Shown: piece after piece, positions 6,797-15,183 of the stretch
Position numbering within the stretch: the first letter of the stretch is position 1
How the letters are laid out: each line of letters starts with the position of its first letter
Virus record (IMG/VR): IMGVR_UViG_3300044676_000388
Location: 1-26,475 of that record
Length of the DNA: 26,475 nucleotides
Origin: a virus
Taxonomy: Duplodnaviria > Caudoviricetes
Reading direction: 5' to 3' (one strand)
The notes under the pieces: generated by a model
Seen by the model: the letters and a program-made list of their open reading frames with translations, nothing else
Database searches by the model: none
Told to the model about the DNA's origin: nothing
Program-made: the position numbers and the translations under genes

Positions 6797-9700
6797 ATGT
6801 CCAACTACACAAAGTCAACAAACTTTACTGCTAAGGACTCTTTGCCTACAGGTGACACTAATAAGGTTATCCGTGGCTCAGAGTTTGATACCGAATTTAA
6901 CGCTATTTCAGTAGCGGTTGCTACTAAGTCTGATTTAGCTGGCCCTACGTTTACTGGTACTGCTACCTTTGCTGATCTAACAGGCACAGGTACAATTAAC
7001 TTTACTGGTGCTACAGTTTCTAATCTAGGTACTGTGACTACTGTTGACATCAACGGTGGTACTATTGACGGTGTGACCATTGGTGGTTCATCGGCTGGCG
7101 CTGGTACGTTCAGTTCTCTTACAGCAACAACAGCAGACATCAACGGTGGTACTGTAGACGGAGTTACCATTGGTGGCTCTAGTGCTGGTGCTGGTACGTT
7201 TAGTTCTCTTGTTGCTACTACAGCAGACATCAACGCAGGAACCGTAGACAACACTGTAATCGGTGGTACTACTCCTGCGGCTGGTACATTTAGTTCTCTG
7301 ACGGCTACCACAGCTAACATTGACGGTGGTTCTATTGATGGTGCTGTGATTGGTGGGTCTACTCCTGCTGCTGTCTCAGGCACTACAGGTACGTTCTCAG
7401 GCGCTGTGTCAGGAACTACAGGTACGTTCTCTGGTGCTGTCACAGGCTCTAACCTCAACATTTCTAACTGGGATACAGCGTTTGGCTGGGGTAACCACGC
7501 AACACAGGGCTACCTAACTAGCGTTACGTTCTCTGACATTGACGCAGGGGCTATTACAACTTCTGGCGAAACCTTCACTAACAGCGACACACAGATACCC
7601 ACGAACGCCGCTGTGCGTAACTGGGTTTTGACTACCTATCCTACTATTGTAGAAAACAACGACCTTACTGCTAACGTAACGTGGGCTACTGTGCCTGATG
7701 CGTACATTAGCGAGTCTTCTGTTACACAACACGTTAACGTAGTTAAAGCTACGCAAAGCAAGACGTACACTAATGGTGAAGTTTCTGAACTTACGTTGTC
7801 AGAGTCTATTACCTCTGGTGTACCTATTGTATCTGTAACAAAAGAAGTAGCACAAGTAGGACTTACAAACAACAACTGGGACGTAGCTACTGACGGAACT
7901 AACTACGACCTAGAAAACTCTGCTTACGCTACCACGTTGACGCCTAGTAACGCCTCTGCTGACGGTACGTTTACCCTTGGCTCTGGTTCTTTTGCGGCTG
8001 ATGACGTAGGTAAAATCGTAAGTGGTAATGGTGGTACTGCTATTATTCTTAACACAAGCGGTGACTACAACTTGCTAACTAATTTTACCGACACATCTGC
8101 TATTGCCTCTGGTAGTTGGACGCTGAAAGAAATGGTAATTGATGGCGCTGACACAGGTTTTGCTTTAGCTAGTGGAAACTTAGTAGAAGGTAGTATTGTT
8201 TACGATTTAAGTATTGCGTACAAAACAGGAAAAACTTTTAGCCTTAGTTCAGAAAATACTAATGCGGCTGGTTTGGCTTTTAACAACAACGGTACTAAAA
8301 TGTATTTTTATGGAGACTCTCCTAATTCTACAGTTTATCAATATAGCCTTAGTACTGCTTACGATATTTCTACTGCTAGTTACGATAGTGTGTCTTTTAC
8401 TGCACAAGGCGATAATCCTAATACTGTTGTTTTTAGTACAGACGGTACTAAAATGTACACAATGGATCATATAGATGATGCAATTTATCAGTACAGCCTT
8501 AGCACTGCCTTTGACTTAAGTACTGCTAGTTACGACAGTGTTAGTTTTAGTGTAGTTACTGAAGAAACTAGTCCGTTAAGTTTAAGATTTAAACCAGACG
8601 GTACTAAAATGTTTGTTTGCGGCCAACAAGGAAACGACGTTACTGAGTATAATTTAAGCACTGCGTGGGATATAAGTACAGCTAGTGCCACAGGAAACAC
8701 GTTAAACGCCTCTCAATCTACTTATCATCAGGCATTTACAACATCTGCTGATGGTTATAATTTTTATGTGGCTGATGAAAACCCCGGCGGCACTATTAAT
8801 ATCTGGCACTATGTTTTACTTACCGCTTGGGACGTAAGTACTGGATCACTTTGGAATACTTACACAGCTTTTGATACTGGTAAGAATACAGTAGAGATTT
8901 TGTTTGTTGATAATGACAGCAAACTATTAAATTTAGACAACACCGAAACAATTACTGAGTACAGTTTAAGTCCTTTGTACAACGCAAACGCCTTAAATTA
9001 TAACGGAGAAAGTTTTAGTGTTGCTACTCAAGGTGCTTCTCCTCAAGGCAATGCTTTTAATAACGACGGTACTCAATATTATTTTATTGATGCAGGAAAT
9101 AATACAGTTTTTCAATACACTTTAACTACTGCTTATGACATAAGTACTATGTCTTACGCTTCTAAAAGTTTTAATGCAAGCAGTCAAGAAATTTATCCAA
9201 GAGGTGTTCGTTTTAATAACGATGGTACAGCAATGTACATTGTTGGACAATATTCTTTAAGTGTTAATCAGTATACTCTTACTACAGCTTTTGATGTAAG
9301 CACTGCTTCTTATGCTTCAAAAAGTTTATCTATATCTTCACAAGACTCCGACCCTTTGGGTATAAATTTTAATAACGACGGAACAAAATTATATTTAGTA
9401 GGTAATACTAACGACAGTGTTTTTCAATATAGTTTAAGTACTGCTTATGACGTAAGTACTGCAACTTACGATTCCGTTAGTTTTTCCACTGCAACTCAAA
9501 CAACAACGCCTAGCGATGTGGTTTTTAATGCTAACGGTACGCAAATGTTTGTTTCTGGAACAAATGCTGTTTACCAATATTACTTAACTACAGCTTTTGA
9601 TTTATCAACAGCTACGTATATTGCTACTTTAGATTTATCAACTGTTTCTACTATTGCGTCTATTAGAGGTTTAGTCTTTAATAATAACGGATCTAAGCTA

Positions 9701-11905
9701 TTTTTAGGAGTTGCTACTGACGATACTGTTAAAGAGTGCGACGTTCAAAACATGAAAACTGGTAAGTGGAATGGAGTAAGATTGAATGTAAGTAGTCAAG
9801 AAAGTTCAGCACAAGGTCTTACTTTTAAAGATGACGGAACAAAAATGTATGTTTGTGGTTCAAACGGACAAAGCGTTTTTGAATACGATTTAAGTACAGC
9901 TTTTGATTTATCAACGGCAAGCTACAACTCAGTTAGTTTTAATGCGTCTTCCCAAGATACAAATTTACATTCTGTAGAGTTTAAACCAGACGGTACAATA
10001 ATGTATATACTAGGGACTAATTCTGATACCGTTTATCAGTATACTTTAAGTACTGCTTGGGATATATCAACTGCTTCTTATGCTAGCATTAGTTTTACTA
10101 CAACTACAAATGCAACAGCGCCTCTTGGAATGGCTTTTTCTTCAGACGGAACCAAAATGTTTATTTTGGATGACGGACTTAATAGAGTTGTTCAATACAA
10201 TTTAGGAACTGCTTGGGATGTTAGTTCAGCCGTTTATGTACGAGTTTATACTGACGGCATTGGTGCTCAGTCTTACGGCCTTGCTTTTAATGCTAGTGGC
10301 ACTAAAATGTATGTTTGTGGCAGATCAACCGATGCTATTAGAGAACACACTTTAACAACAGCTTGGAATTTAAATACTGCTTCTTGGGATAATGTTGGAC
10401 TTTATGTAGGACGTTTTGATAGTCAGCCGTCTAGCATTGCTTTTAATAACAATAAAACTAAAGTGTACTTTACGGGGTGGACTTCTCCAAGTCATGTTTA
10501 CGAAATGAACTTAGGAACATCAGAGACAATAACCCCTGTTGTTTACTCTTCAGACTACGCTGTTGCAGTAACCAACAGTAGTGGTCAAGTTGACTCTACG
10601 TACTTCACAGACATCAACAGTACAACAACAACTGAGTCTGTAGGTAATGGAGAGGCTTACTACGCTTACTCTGTTGATAACCACGTTACTTGGAAGATTA
10701 TCCATGATACTAACGGCGAACGTTCTATTGTTCGTAACAACAGTGGTACGTGGGAATACAACAGTAACGCTACCTACGCTTCTACAACGTGGACTTCAGC
10801 TACGACTAACTCAGAAGTTGGTGCGTTGAAACAAGCTATGGAAGGCGCGTCGGTTACAGTTGGTTTTGATATTTCTACTGCATCTTATGCTTCAAAAAGT
10901 TTTTCAGTAGCTACTCAAGAAATTCAACCTCAAGGCGTTCGTTTTAATTCTGATGGAACTAAAATGTTTGTTGCTGGCTATGATGGTGATGATGTAAATG
11001 AATACACATTGTCTACAGCATATGACGTATCAACAGCAACATATAGCCAAAACTTTTCTGTAGCAGGCCAAGAAGGGCTCCTTAGAGATTTAGCTTTTAA
11101 TAACGACGGCACTAAAATGTACATTATAGGCCAAGGAAATAACAATGTTAATGAATATAATTTAAGCACAGGATTTGACGTTAGCACCGCTAGCTATAAT
11201 CAACTTTTTTCATTAGGTCCTACGCCCCTTGGAATAACATTTAATTCTGACGGAACCAAAATGTTTATTACAGATGCTAGTGATGATGATGTTGACGAGT
11301 ATGCTTTATCAACAGGGTTTGATGTCAGCACTGCAAGTTTAACTCAAAGTTTTTCAGTATTATCTCAAACGGCAACTCCGTTTGGAATACAGTTTAATTC
11401 CGACGGAACTGAAATGTTTATCCTAGGACAAAGCGAAGATAAAGTTTTTAAATATACTTTAACTACGGCATATGACGTTTCTACTGCATCATATGCTTCA
11501 GTAGAGTTTGCTTTTACATCACAAGACATAAACCCCCACGGATTTACTTTTGATGCTATTGGTTCAAAAATGTTTATGGTAGGAACATTTAGTGACACGG
11601 TGTACCAGTACGACATGACGACAAGTACATCTTATGCTAATCAAATGACAGGCACACAGTTTGATGCCGTAACAGACGCTAATCATCTTACTCTGTCTAC
11701 TACGATGGACTTTATGATTGCTCTGAAAAACGCTGACAGCACAAGCACATCGCCTACGTCTGATGGTGTAGCGTTTAACTACGACGCCGCTTCACTTAAC
11801 CAAGGGGCTGTATTAGGCACTGACTACAACTGGGATTTCCCTGCGTTGAACAAAGTTAGGATTACATCTTTGGCTGACCAGAACCTCAAGGTCAGGATTA
11901 TTTAA
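6797..11905 (+). CDS. Tail fibre / large adhesin with beta-propeller repeat domains
   Basis: Podoviral fibre-type N-terminus (MSNYTK...EFDTEFNAI..A..TK), Gly/Thr-rich shaft repeats, and 20 copies of a ~47-50-aa blade (F.xDGTKMY ... QY.LSTA(W/F/Y)D.STASY). Confidence 0.85.
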   Translation: MSNYTKSTNFTAKDSLPTGDTNKVIRGSEFDTEFNAISVAVATKSDLAGPTFTGTATFADLTGTGTINFTGATVSNLGTVTTVDINGGTIDGVTIGGSSAGAGTFSSLTATTADINGGTVDGVTIGGSSAGAGTFSSLVATTADINAGTVDNTVIGGTTPAAGTFSSLTATTANIDGGSIDGAVIGGSTPAAVSGTTGTFSGAVSGTTGTFSGAVTGSNLNISNWDTAFGWGNHATQGYLTSVTFSDIDAGAITTSGETFTNSDTQIPTNAAVRNWVLTTYPTIVENNDLTANVTWATVPDAYISESSVTQHVNVVKATQSKTYTNGEVSELTLSESITSGVPIVSVTKEVAQVGLTNNNWDVATDGTNYDLENSAYATTLTPSNASADGTFTLGSGSFAADDVGKIVSGNGGTAIILNTSGDYNLLTNFTDTSAIASGSWTLKEMVIDGADTGFALASGNLVEGSIVYDLSIAYKTGKTFSLSSENTNAAGLAFNNNGTKMYFYGDSPNSTVYQYSLSTAYDISTASYDSVSFTAQGDNPNTVVFSTDGTKMYTMDHIDDAIYQYSLSTAFDLSTASYDSVSFSVVTEETSPLSLRFKPDGTKMFVCGQQGNDVTEYNLSTAWDISTASATGNTLNASQSTYHQAFTTSADGYNFYVADENPGGTINIWHYVLLTAWDVSTGSLWNTYTAFDTGKNTVEILFVDNDSKLLNLDNTETITEYSLSPLYNANALNYNGESFSVATQGASPQGNAFNNDGTQYYFIDAGNNTVFQYTLTTAYDISTMSYASKSFNASSQEIYPRGVRFNNDGTAMYIVGQYSLSVNQYTLTTAFDVSTASYASKSLSISSQDSDPLGINFNNDGTKLYLVGNTNDSVFQYSLSTAYDVSTATYDSVSFSTATQTTTPSDVVFNANGTQMFVSGTNAVYQYYLTTAFDLSTATYIATLDLSTVSTIASIRGLVFNNNGSKLFLGVATDDTVKECDVQNMKTGKWNGVRLNVSSQESSAQGLTFKDDGTKMYVCGSNGQSVFEYDLSTAFDLSTASYNSVSFNASSQDTNLHSVEFKPDGTIMYILGTNSDTVYQYTLSTAWDISTASYASISFTTTTNATAPLGMAFSSDGTKMFILDDGLNRVVQYNLGTAWDVSSAVYVRVYTDGIGAQSYGLAFNASGTKMYVCGRSTDAIREHTLTTAWNLNTASWDNVGLYVGRFDSQPSSIAFNNNKTKVYFTGWTSPSHVYEMNLGTSETITPVVYSSDYAVAVTNSSGQVDSTYFTDINSTTTTESVGNGEAYYAYSVDNHVTWKIIHDTNGERSIVRNNSGTWEYNSNATYASTTWTSATTNSEVGALKQAMEGASVTVGFDISTASYASKSFSVATQEIQPQGVRFNSDGTKMFVAGYDGDDVNEYTLSTAYDVSTATYSQNFSVAGQEGLLRDLAFNNDGTKMYIIGQGNNNVNEYNLSTGFDVSTASYNQLFSLGPTPLGITFNSDGTKMFITDASDDDVDEYALSTGFDVSTASLTQSFSVLSQTATPFGIQFNSDGTEMFILGQSEDKVFKYTLTTAYDVSTASYASVEFAFTSQDINPHGFTFDAIGSKMFMVGTFSDTVYQYDMTTSTSYANQMTGTQFDAVTDANHLTLSTTMDFMIALKNADSTSTSPTSDGVAFNYDAASLNQGAVLGTDYNWDFPALNKVRITSLADQNLKVRII
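7046..7447 (+). repeat. Tail-fibre shaft tandem repeats: ~3.6 x 90 bp (30 aa) then ~2.4 x 33 bp (11 aa)
   Basis: DINGGTIDGVTIGGSSAGAGTFSSLTATTA-type units start at 7046, 7136, 7226 and 7316 (last one partial). AVSGTTGTFSG units start at 7370, 7403 and 7436 (last one partial). Confidence 0.92.
8200..11617 (+). repeat. 20 degenerate beta-propeller blade repeats in two tracts (~8200-10510 and ~10860-11617)
   Basis: Counting xxDGTKM(Y/F)-like cores gives 15 in the first tract and 5 in the second. Confidence 0.85.
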
Positions 11906-11906
11906 T

Positions 11907-12383
11907 GTGGATCCTGTATCTCTGGTAGCAATGGCGTCTACTGCGTTCAAGGGCGTACAGGTTCTTGTATCCAAAGGCGCAGAGATAGAACACGTAGCTC
12001 AGAAATTAGGTCAGTGGTACACACTTGCAAGTGATTTAAAAGAAGCTGAAAAGGAGATAGAAAACCCTCCACTATTTAAGAAGGTGTTTGACAACAGCTC
12101 TGTAGAAGAACAAGCGTTAAACGCCATCATAGCAAAAAAGAAGATAGAGGAGCAGGAAAAACAAATACGCGAGTTGATCATGTACGCATACGGTGAAGAC
12201 ACGTACAGAGAAATGATGCAGATGCGTCGTGACATAAGAAGCAAACGCGAACAAGTGATCTACAAGCAACGAAGAAAACAAAGACGTATGCTAGATGTAT
12301 CAGCAATTATTATAAGCCTAATGGTCACTGCTGGGATTATCTGGACAACCATAAGCGTTATACAAGGGGTTAGTAATGGATGA
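11907..12383 (+). CDS. Hypothetical protein with coiled coil and C-terminal transmembrane helix
   Basis: GTG start (MDPVSL...), charged helical middle, and a basic stretch followed by hydrophobic VSAIIISLMVTAGIIWTTISVI. Confidence 0.8.
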   Translation: MDPVSLVAMASTAFKGVQVLVSKGAEIEHVAQKLGQWYTLASDLKEAEKEIENPPLFKKVFDNSSVEEQALNAIIAKKKIEEQEKQIRELIMYAYGEDTYREMMQMRRDIRSKREQVIYKQRRKQRRMLDVSAIIISLMVTAGIIWTTISVIQGVSNG

Positions 12384-12546
12384 GTCCGCAAAGCAAGTTG
12401 TTGATGTAATGAGCGTAGGTACTATGTTAGGCACTATCAGTGCGGTTCTACCTCCTATATCTGCCATGTTCACTATCATATGGGTAGCCATAAGAATATG
12501 GGAAACAGATACAGTACAAGGATTCAGAAACAAGGACAAAGACTAG
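12376..12546 (+). CDS. Small membrane protein, putative holin/antiholin (56 aa)
   Basis: MDESAKQVVDVMSVGTMLGTISAVLPPISAMFTIIWVAIRIWETDTVQGFRNKDKD*. Hydrophobic core, charged C-tail, AGGGG RBS. Not in ORF track. Confidence 0.75.
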   Translation: MDESAKQVVDVMSVGTMLGTISAVLPPISAMFTIIWVAIRIWETDTVQGFRNKDKD

Positions 12547-12547
12547 T

Positions 12548-12922
12548 ATGTGGACTGCACTGATCGGACCTATTGCTGGACTCGCTAAGACTTGGATTAA
12601 CAACAGACACGAGCAGTCACAAGCCAAGCACGTAGCTAAGATGGAAGTCATCAAGAACACAGCTACGTGGGAACAAGAGATGGCAGCGGCTAGTGCAACC
12701 TCGTGGAAAGACGAGTGGTTTACTGTGGTGCTGTCGTTGCCTCTGTTGGCTGTGTGTTACGGAGTTGCTATGGATGACTTGAGTATTATGCAGAGGGTGG
12801 GTATGGCTTTTGTTGAGCTAGACAAGCTACCTGATTACTACCAGTACTTGCTTTACGTAGCAGTCACGGCCAGCTTTGGTATACGTGGTGCTGACAAGCT
12901 GATGCAGATGAAGGGTAAGTAA
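12548..12922 (+). CDS. Putative holin (3TM/GTA-holin-like)
   Basis: Amphipathic N-terminus, SWKDEW motif, two further hydrophobic segments, and an ASFGIR..K basic end typical of this family. Confidence 0.75.
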   Translation: MWTALIGPIAGLAKTWINNRHEQSQAKHVAKMEVIKNTATWEQEMAAASATSWKDEWFTVVLSLPLLAVCYGVAMDDLSIMQRVGMAFVELDKLPDYYQYLLYVAVTASFGIRGADKLMQMKGK

Positions 12923-12923
12923 C

Positions 12924-14531
12924 ATGGCTATAGGAATGTTTAATTTCCAAGATAACTATGACTGGGACCGTGAACAAGAAGTTAGTGGGGACACACTTGG
13001 TACTCGTTTTGATCCTAGATCCGTAGATTACGGTACCATACCTTCTGATCTTATACGTGACGAAATTGCTGAAACCGCCTTCATAAGAGATTTTGTAACT
13101 AAGTTTAAAGATAAATTAGAAGGAAAAGACGCTAGCGAGTACAGTGAGTGGATTCGTGTTCTTGGGGATTACGCAACAGGTAACGCTGAACTATCTGATT
13201 TAGAAGCTGTAGACGTTAGCGGTTTAATGGACGTTGAAGGGTTTAAAGATTATTACTACGGTGTTGTTCCTCGTCCATTAGTTGAAGTATCAGATCAAGA
13301 TGCTATATCTACTGTATTAGCTTCTGTACCTGATAAAATTAAAGGTGTGCTTACTGAAGAAAATTTAATTAAAGTTCTTGAACAAGTAGGACAAATGAAT
13401 GACCCTTTAAAAGAAATTAAAAGGGTATTAGGTGCTGGTGTTTCAGTAGAAGAGGGTATATTTAAAGGTTGGGAAGAATGGAAAGTATTTGGTCCTCTTG
13501 CTATTCCCGGTGTTCCTCTTCCTCCCGGTATTATTGATGTAACTTTAGGCGAAATAGCAGAAGCAGTACAAAATGCTGGGGAAGATATACAAGGAGTTAT
13601 TGGTTCTGTTGGTGATTTTGTAAATAAAATACTAACAGATCCTAAAGGAACTTTAGAAGAAATTGGTGAAACAATTTTAGGTAAAGTAAACGATGTTGTC
13701 AGTGGAGTTGCTGATGATCCTTGGGGCGGTACTTTTGGTGGATTTGAAGATTGGGTTAGAGGAATACTAGGAAATGTTGTAGGTGGTTCAGTCCTTACAG
13801 GTATTTACGACTCTGCAAAAGATTTAATTGAAAAAGGAACTACGGCTGTCGTTGGTGGTGCTGACACGGACGGAGAAGAGGAAGACAAAGGAGACATCTT
13901 TAAACAATTATTAGGTACAGTTCAAACTAACCTTGAAGTTGATCCTGATTTGTTTGTTGGTAGTGTTGATACGGATGATACAACAGATGATGATGTAACT
14001 AAAACAATAACCAATTTACTTGGTGGTACTATTGATCAGTTAGATGATGATGATGACGATGATGATGTAACTAAAACAATAACTAATTTACTTGGTAGTA
14101 CTATTAATCAGTTAGATAATGACGATGACGATGACGATGATGATGATGACGATGATGATGATGACATCATAGGAACTGTTATTGATGATGACGATGATGA
14201 TGATGACGATGATGATGATGACGATGATGACATCATAGGAACTGTTATTGACGATGATGATGACGATGACGATGACGATATAACAACTACTACTGAAATT
14301 GGTGACAGCGTTGTTCCAGAATCTCCTGTAGTAGTAGTTGATCCGGGTGGAACAGATAGTAGTAGTAGTGGTGGTTCTATAGGAGGAACTGAAGGTATGT
14401 TTACAGGGGTAATGAGTCCTCTTTCATACGCACCACAACCACTGCCCGGAGTTAGAGTACCTCCACCTATAGATTCTATGAGTAATCTTAATGCGCTTAT
14501 TGGTCGTATGTTGACAGGAAATATTTCATGA
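12924..14531 (+). CDS. Highly acidic protein with poly-Asp tracts (535 aa), unknown function
   Basis: Open frame coupled to the next gene by ATGA overlap, with Asp runs of 8, 15, 16 and 10 residues. Confidence 0.8.
   Translation: MAIGMFNFQDNYDWDREQEVSGDTLGTRFDPRSVDYGTIPSDLIRDEIAETAFIRDFVTKFKDKLEGKDASEYSEWIRVLGDYATGNAELSDLEAVDVSGLMDVEGFKDYYYGVVPRPLVEVSDQDAISTVLASVPDKIKGVLTEENLIKVLEQVGQMNDPLKEIKRVLGAGVSVEEGIFKGWEEWKVFGPLAIPGVPLPPGIIDVTLGEIAEAVQNAGEDIQGVIGSVGDFVNKILTDPKGTLEEIGETILGKVNDVVSGVADDPWGGTFGGFEDWVRGILGNVVGGSVLTGIYDSAKDLIEKGTTAVVGGADTDGEEEDKGDIFKQLLGTVQTNLEVDPDLFVGSVDTDDTTDDDVTKTITNLLGGTIDQLDDDDDDDDVTKTITNLLGSTINQLDNDDDDDDDDDDDDDDDIIGTVIDDDDDDDDDDDDDDDDIIGTVIDDDDDDDDDDITTTTEIGDSVVPESPVVVVDPGGTDSSSSGGSIGGTEGMFTGVMSPLSYAPQPLPGVRVPPPIDSMSNLNALIGRMLTGNIS
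13986..14278 (+). repeat. (GAY)n Asp-codon microsatellite within 72-bp and 66-bp tandem duplications
   Basis: VTKTITNLLG(G/S)TI(D/N)QL unit twice (period 72 nt) and IIGTVI unit twice (period 66 nt), separated by GAT/GAC runs. Confidence 0.95.
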
Positions 14532-15175
14532 CATATTTAAATTTAGTAAACAACGTACTCAGACGATTACGAGAAGATGAAGTAACAACTGTCAGTGCTA
14601 ACACATACAGTGCTATGGTTGGTGACTTTATTAACGATGCAAAGCACATGATTGAAGATGCATGGGATTGGTCACATCTGAGAAGCACGTTGACTATTAC
14701 TACTGCTGCTAATGACTATACGTACTCACTAACTGGTAGCGGAGACAAAGGAAAAGTACTTAACATTATAAACGATACGTCTAACTTTGTTATGCAGTAC
14801 CAACCTCAGACTTGGTTTGATGAGCAGTTTTATGTACAAACTCCTGTTTCTGGTTCTCCTCAGTACTATACGTATAACGGTGTAGATGGCAGCGGTGATG
14901 CACAGATTGATGTGTACCCTAAACCTGACGGTGTGTACTCTATTAAAGTTAAAGTTGTACACAGAAACATACTGCTTAGTGGTGACTCTGACACATTAGC
15001 TATTCCTAGTCAACCTGTTATTCACATGGCAGTAGCTTTGTTAGCAAGAGAACGTGGAGAAACAGGTGGTACTTCTGCTCCTGAATACTTTGCTATTGCA
15101 GATAGATATCTAGCAGATGCTATTGCTCTTGATGCACAACGACATCCAGAAGAAACAATCTTCTATACCCCGTAG
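14528..15175 (+). CDS. Tail tubular protein A / head-tail adaptor
   Basis: MTYLNLVNNVLRRLRE N-terminus, INDAK..IE..WDW, G.P.YY and VYPKPD motifs typical of podoviral adaptors. Confidence 0.8.
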   Translation: MTYLNLVNNVLRRLREDEVTTVSANTYSAMVGDFINDAKHMIEDAWDWSHLRSTLTITTAANDYTYSLTGSGDKGKVLNIINDTSNFVMQYQPQTWFDEQFYVQTPVSGSPQYYTYNGVDGSGDAQIDVYPKPDGVYSIKVKVVHRNILLSGDSDTLAIPSQPVIHMAVALLARERGETGGTSAPEYFAIADRYLADAIALDAQRHPEETIFYTP

Positions 15176-15183
15176 GAGCGTAT

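Noticed and set aside
6805-7461. 218-aa antisense ORF with repeats
   Set aside because: It is an in-register mirror of the Gly/Thr/Ala tail-fibre repeats and is explained by sense-strand codon bias.
8200-11617. Possible diversity-generating retroelement target
   Set aside because: There is no reverse transcriptase in the window, and no near-identical TR/VR pair differing only at adenines was seen.
11905-11928. 7-codon ORF MWILYLW starting at the fibre TAATG
   Set aside because: GTG at 11907 gives a plausible MDP.. start for the 158-aa gene, so the mini-ORF is probably incidental, though a coupling role is not excluded.
13986-14278. Repeat-spacer look suggesting CRISPR
   Set aside because: The repeats are in-frame coding trinucleotide runs with duplicated rather than unique spacers, and no cas genes are present.
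14511-14539. TTGACA hexamers at 14511, 4587 and 1121
   Set aside because: None has a convincing -10 box at 16-18 bp spacing.
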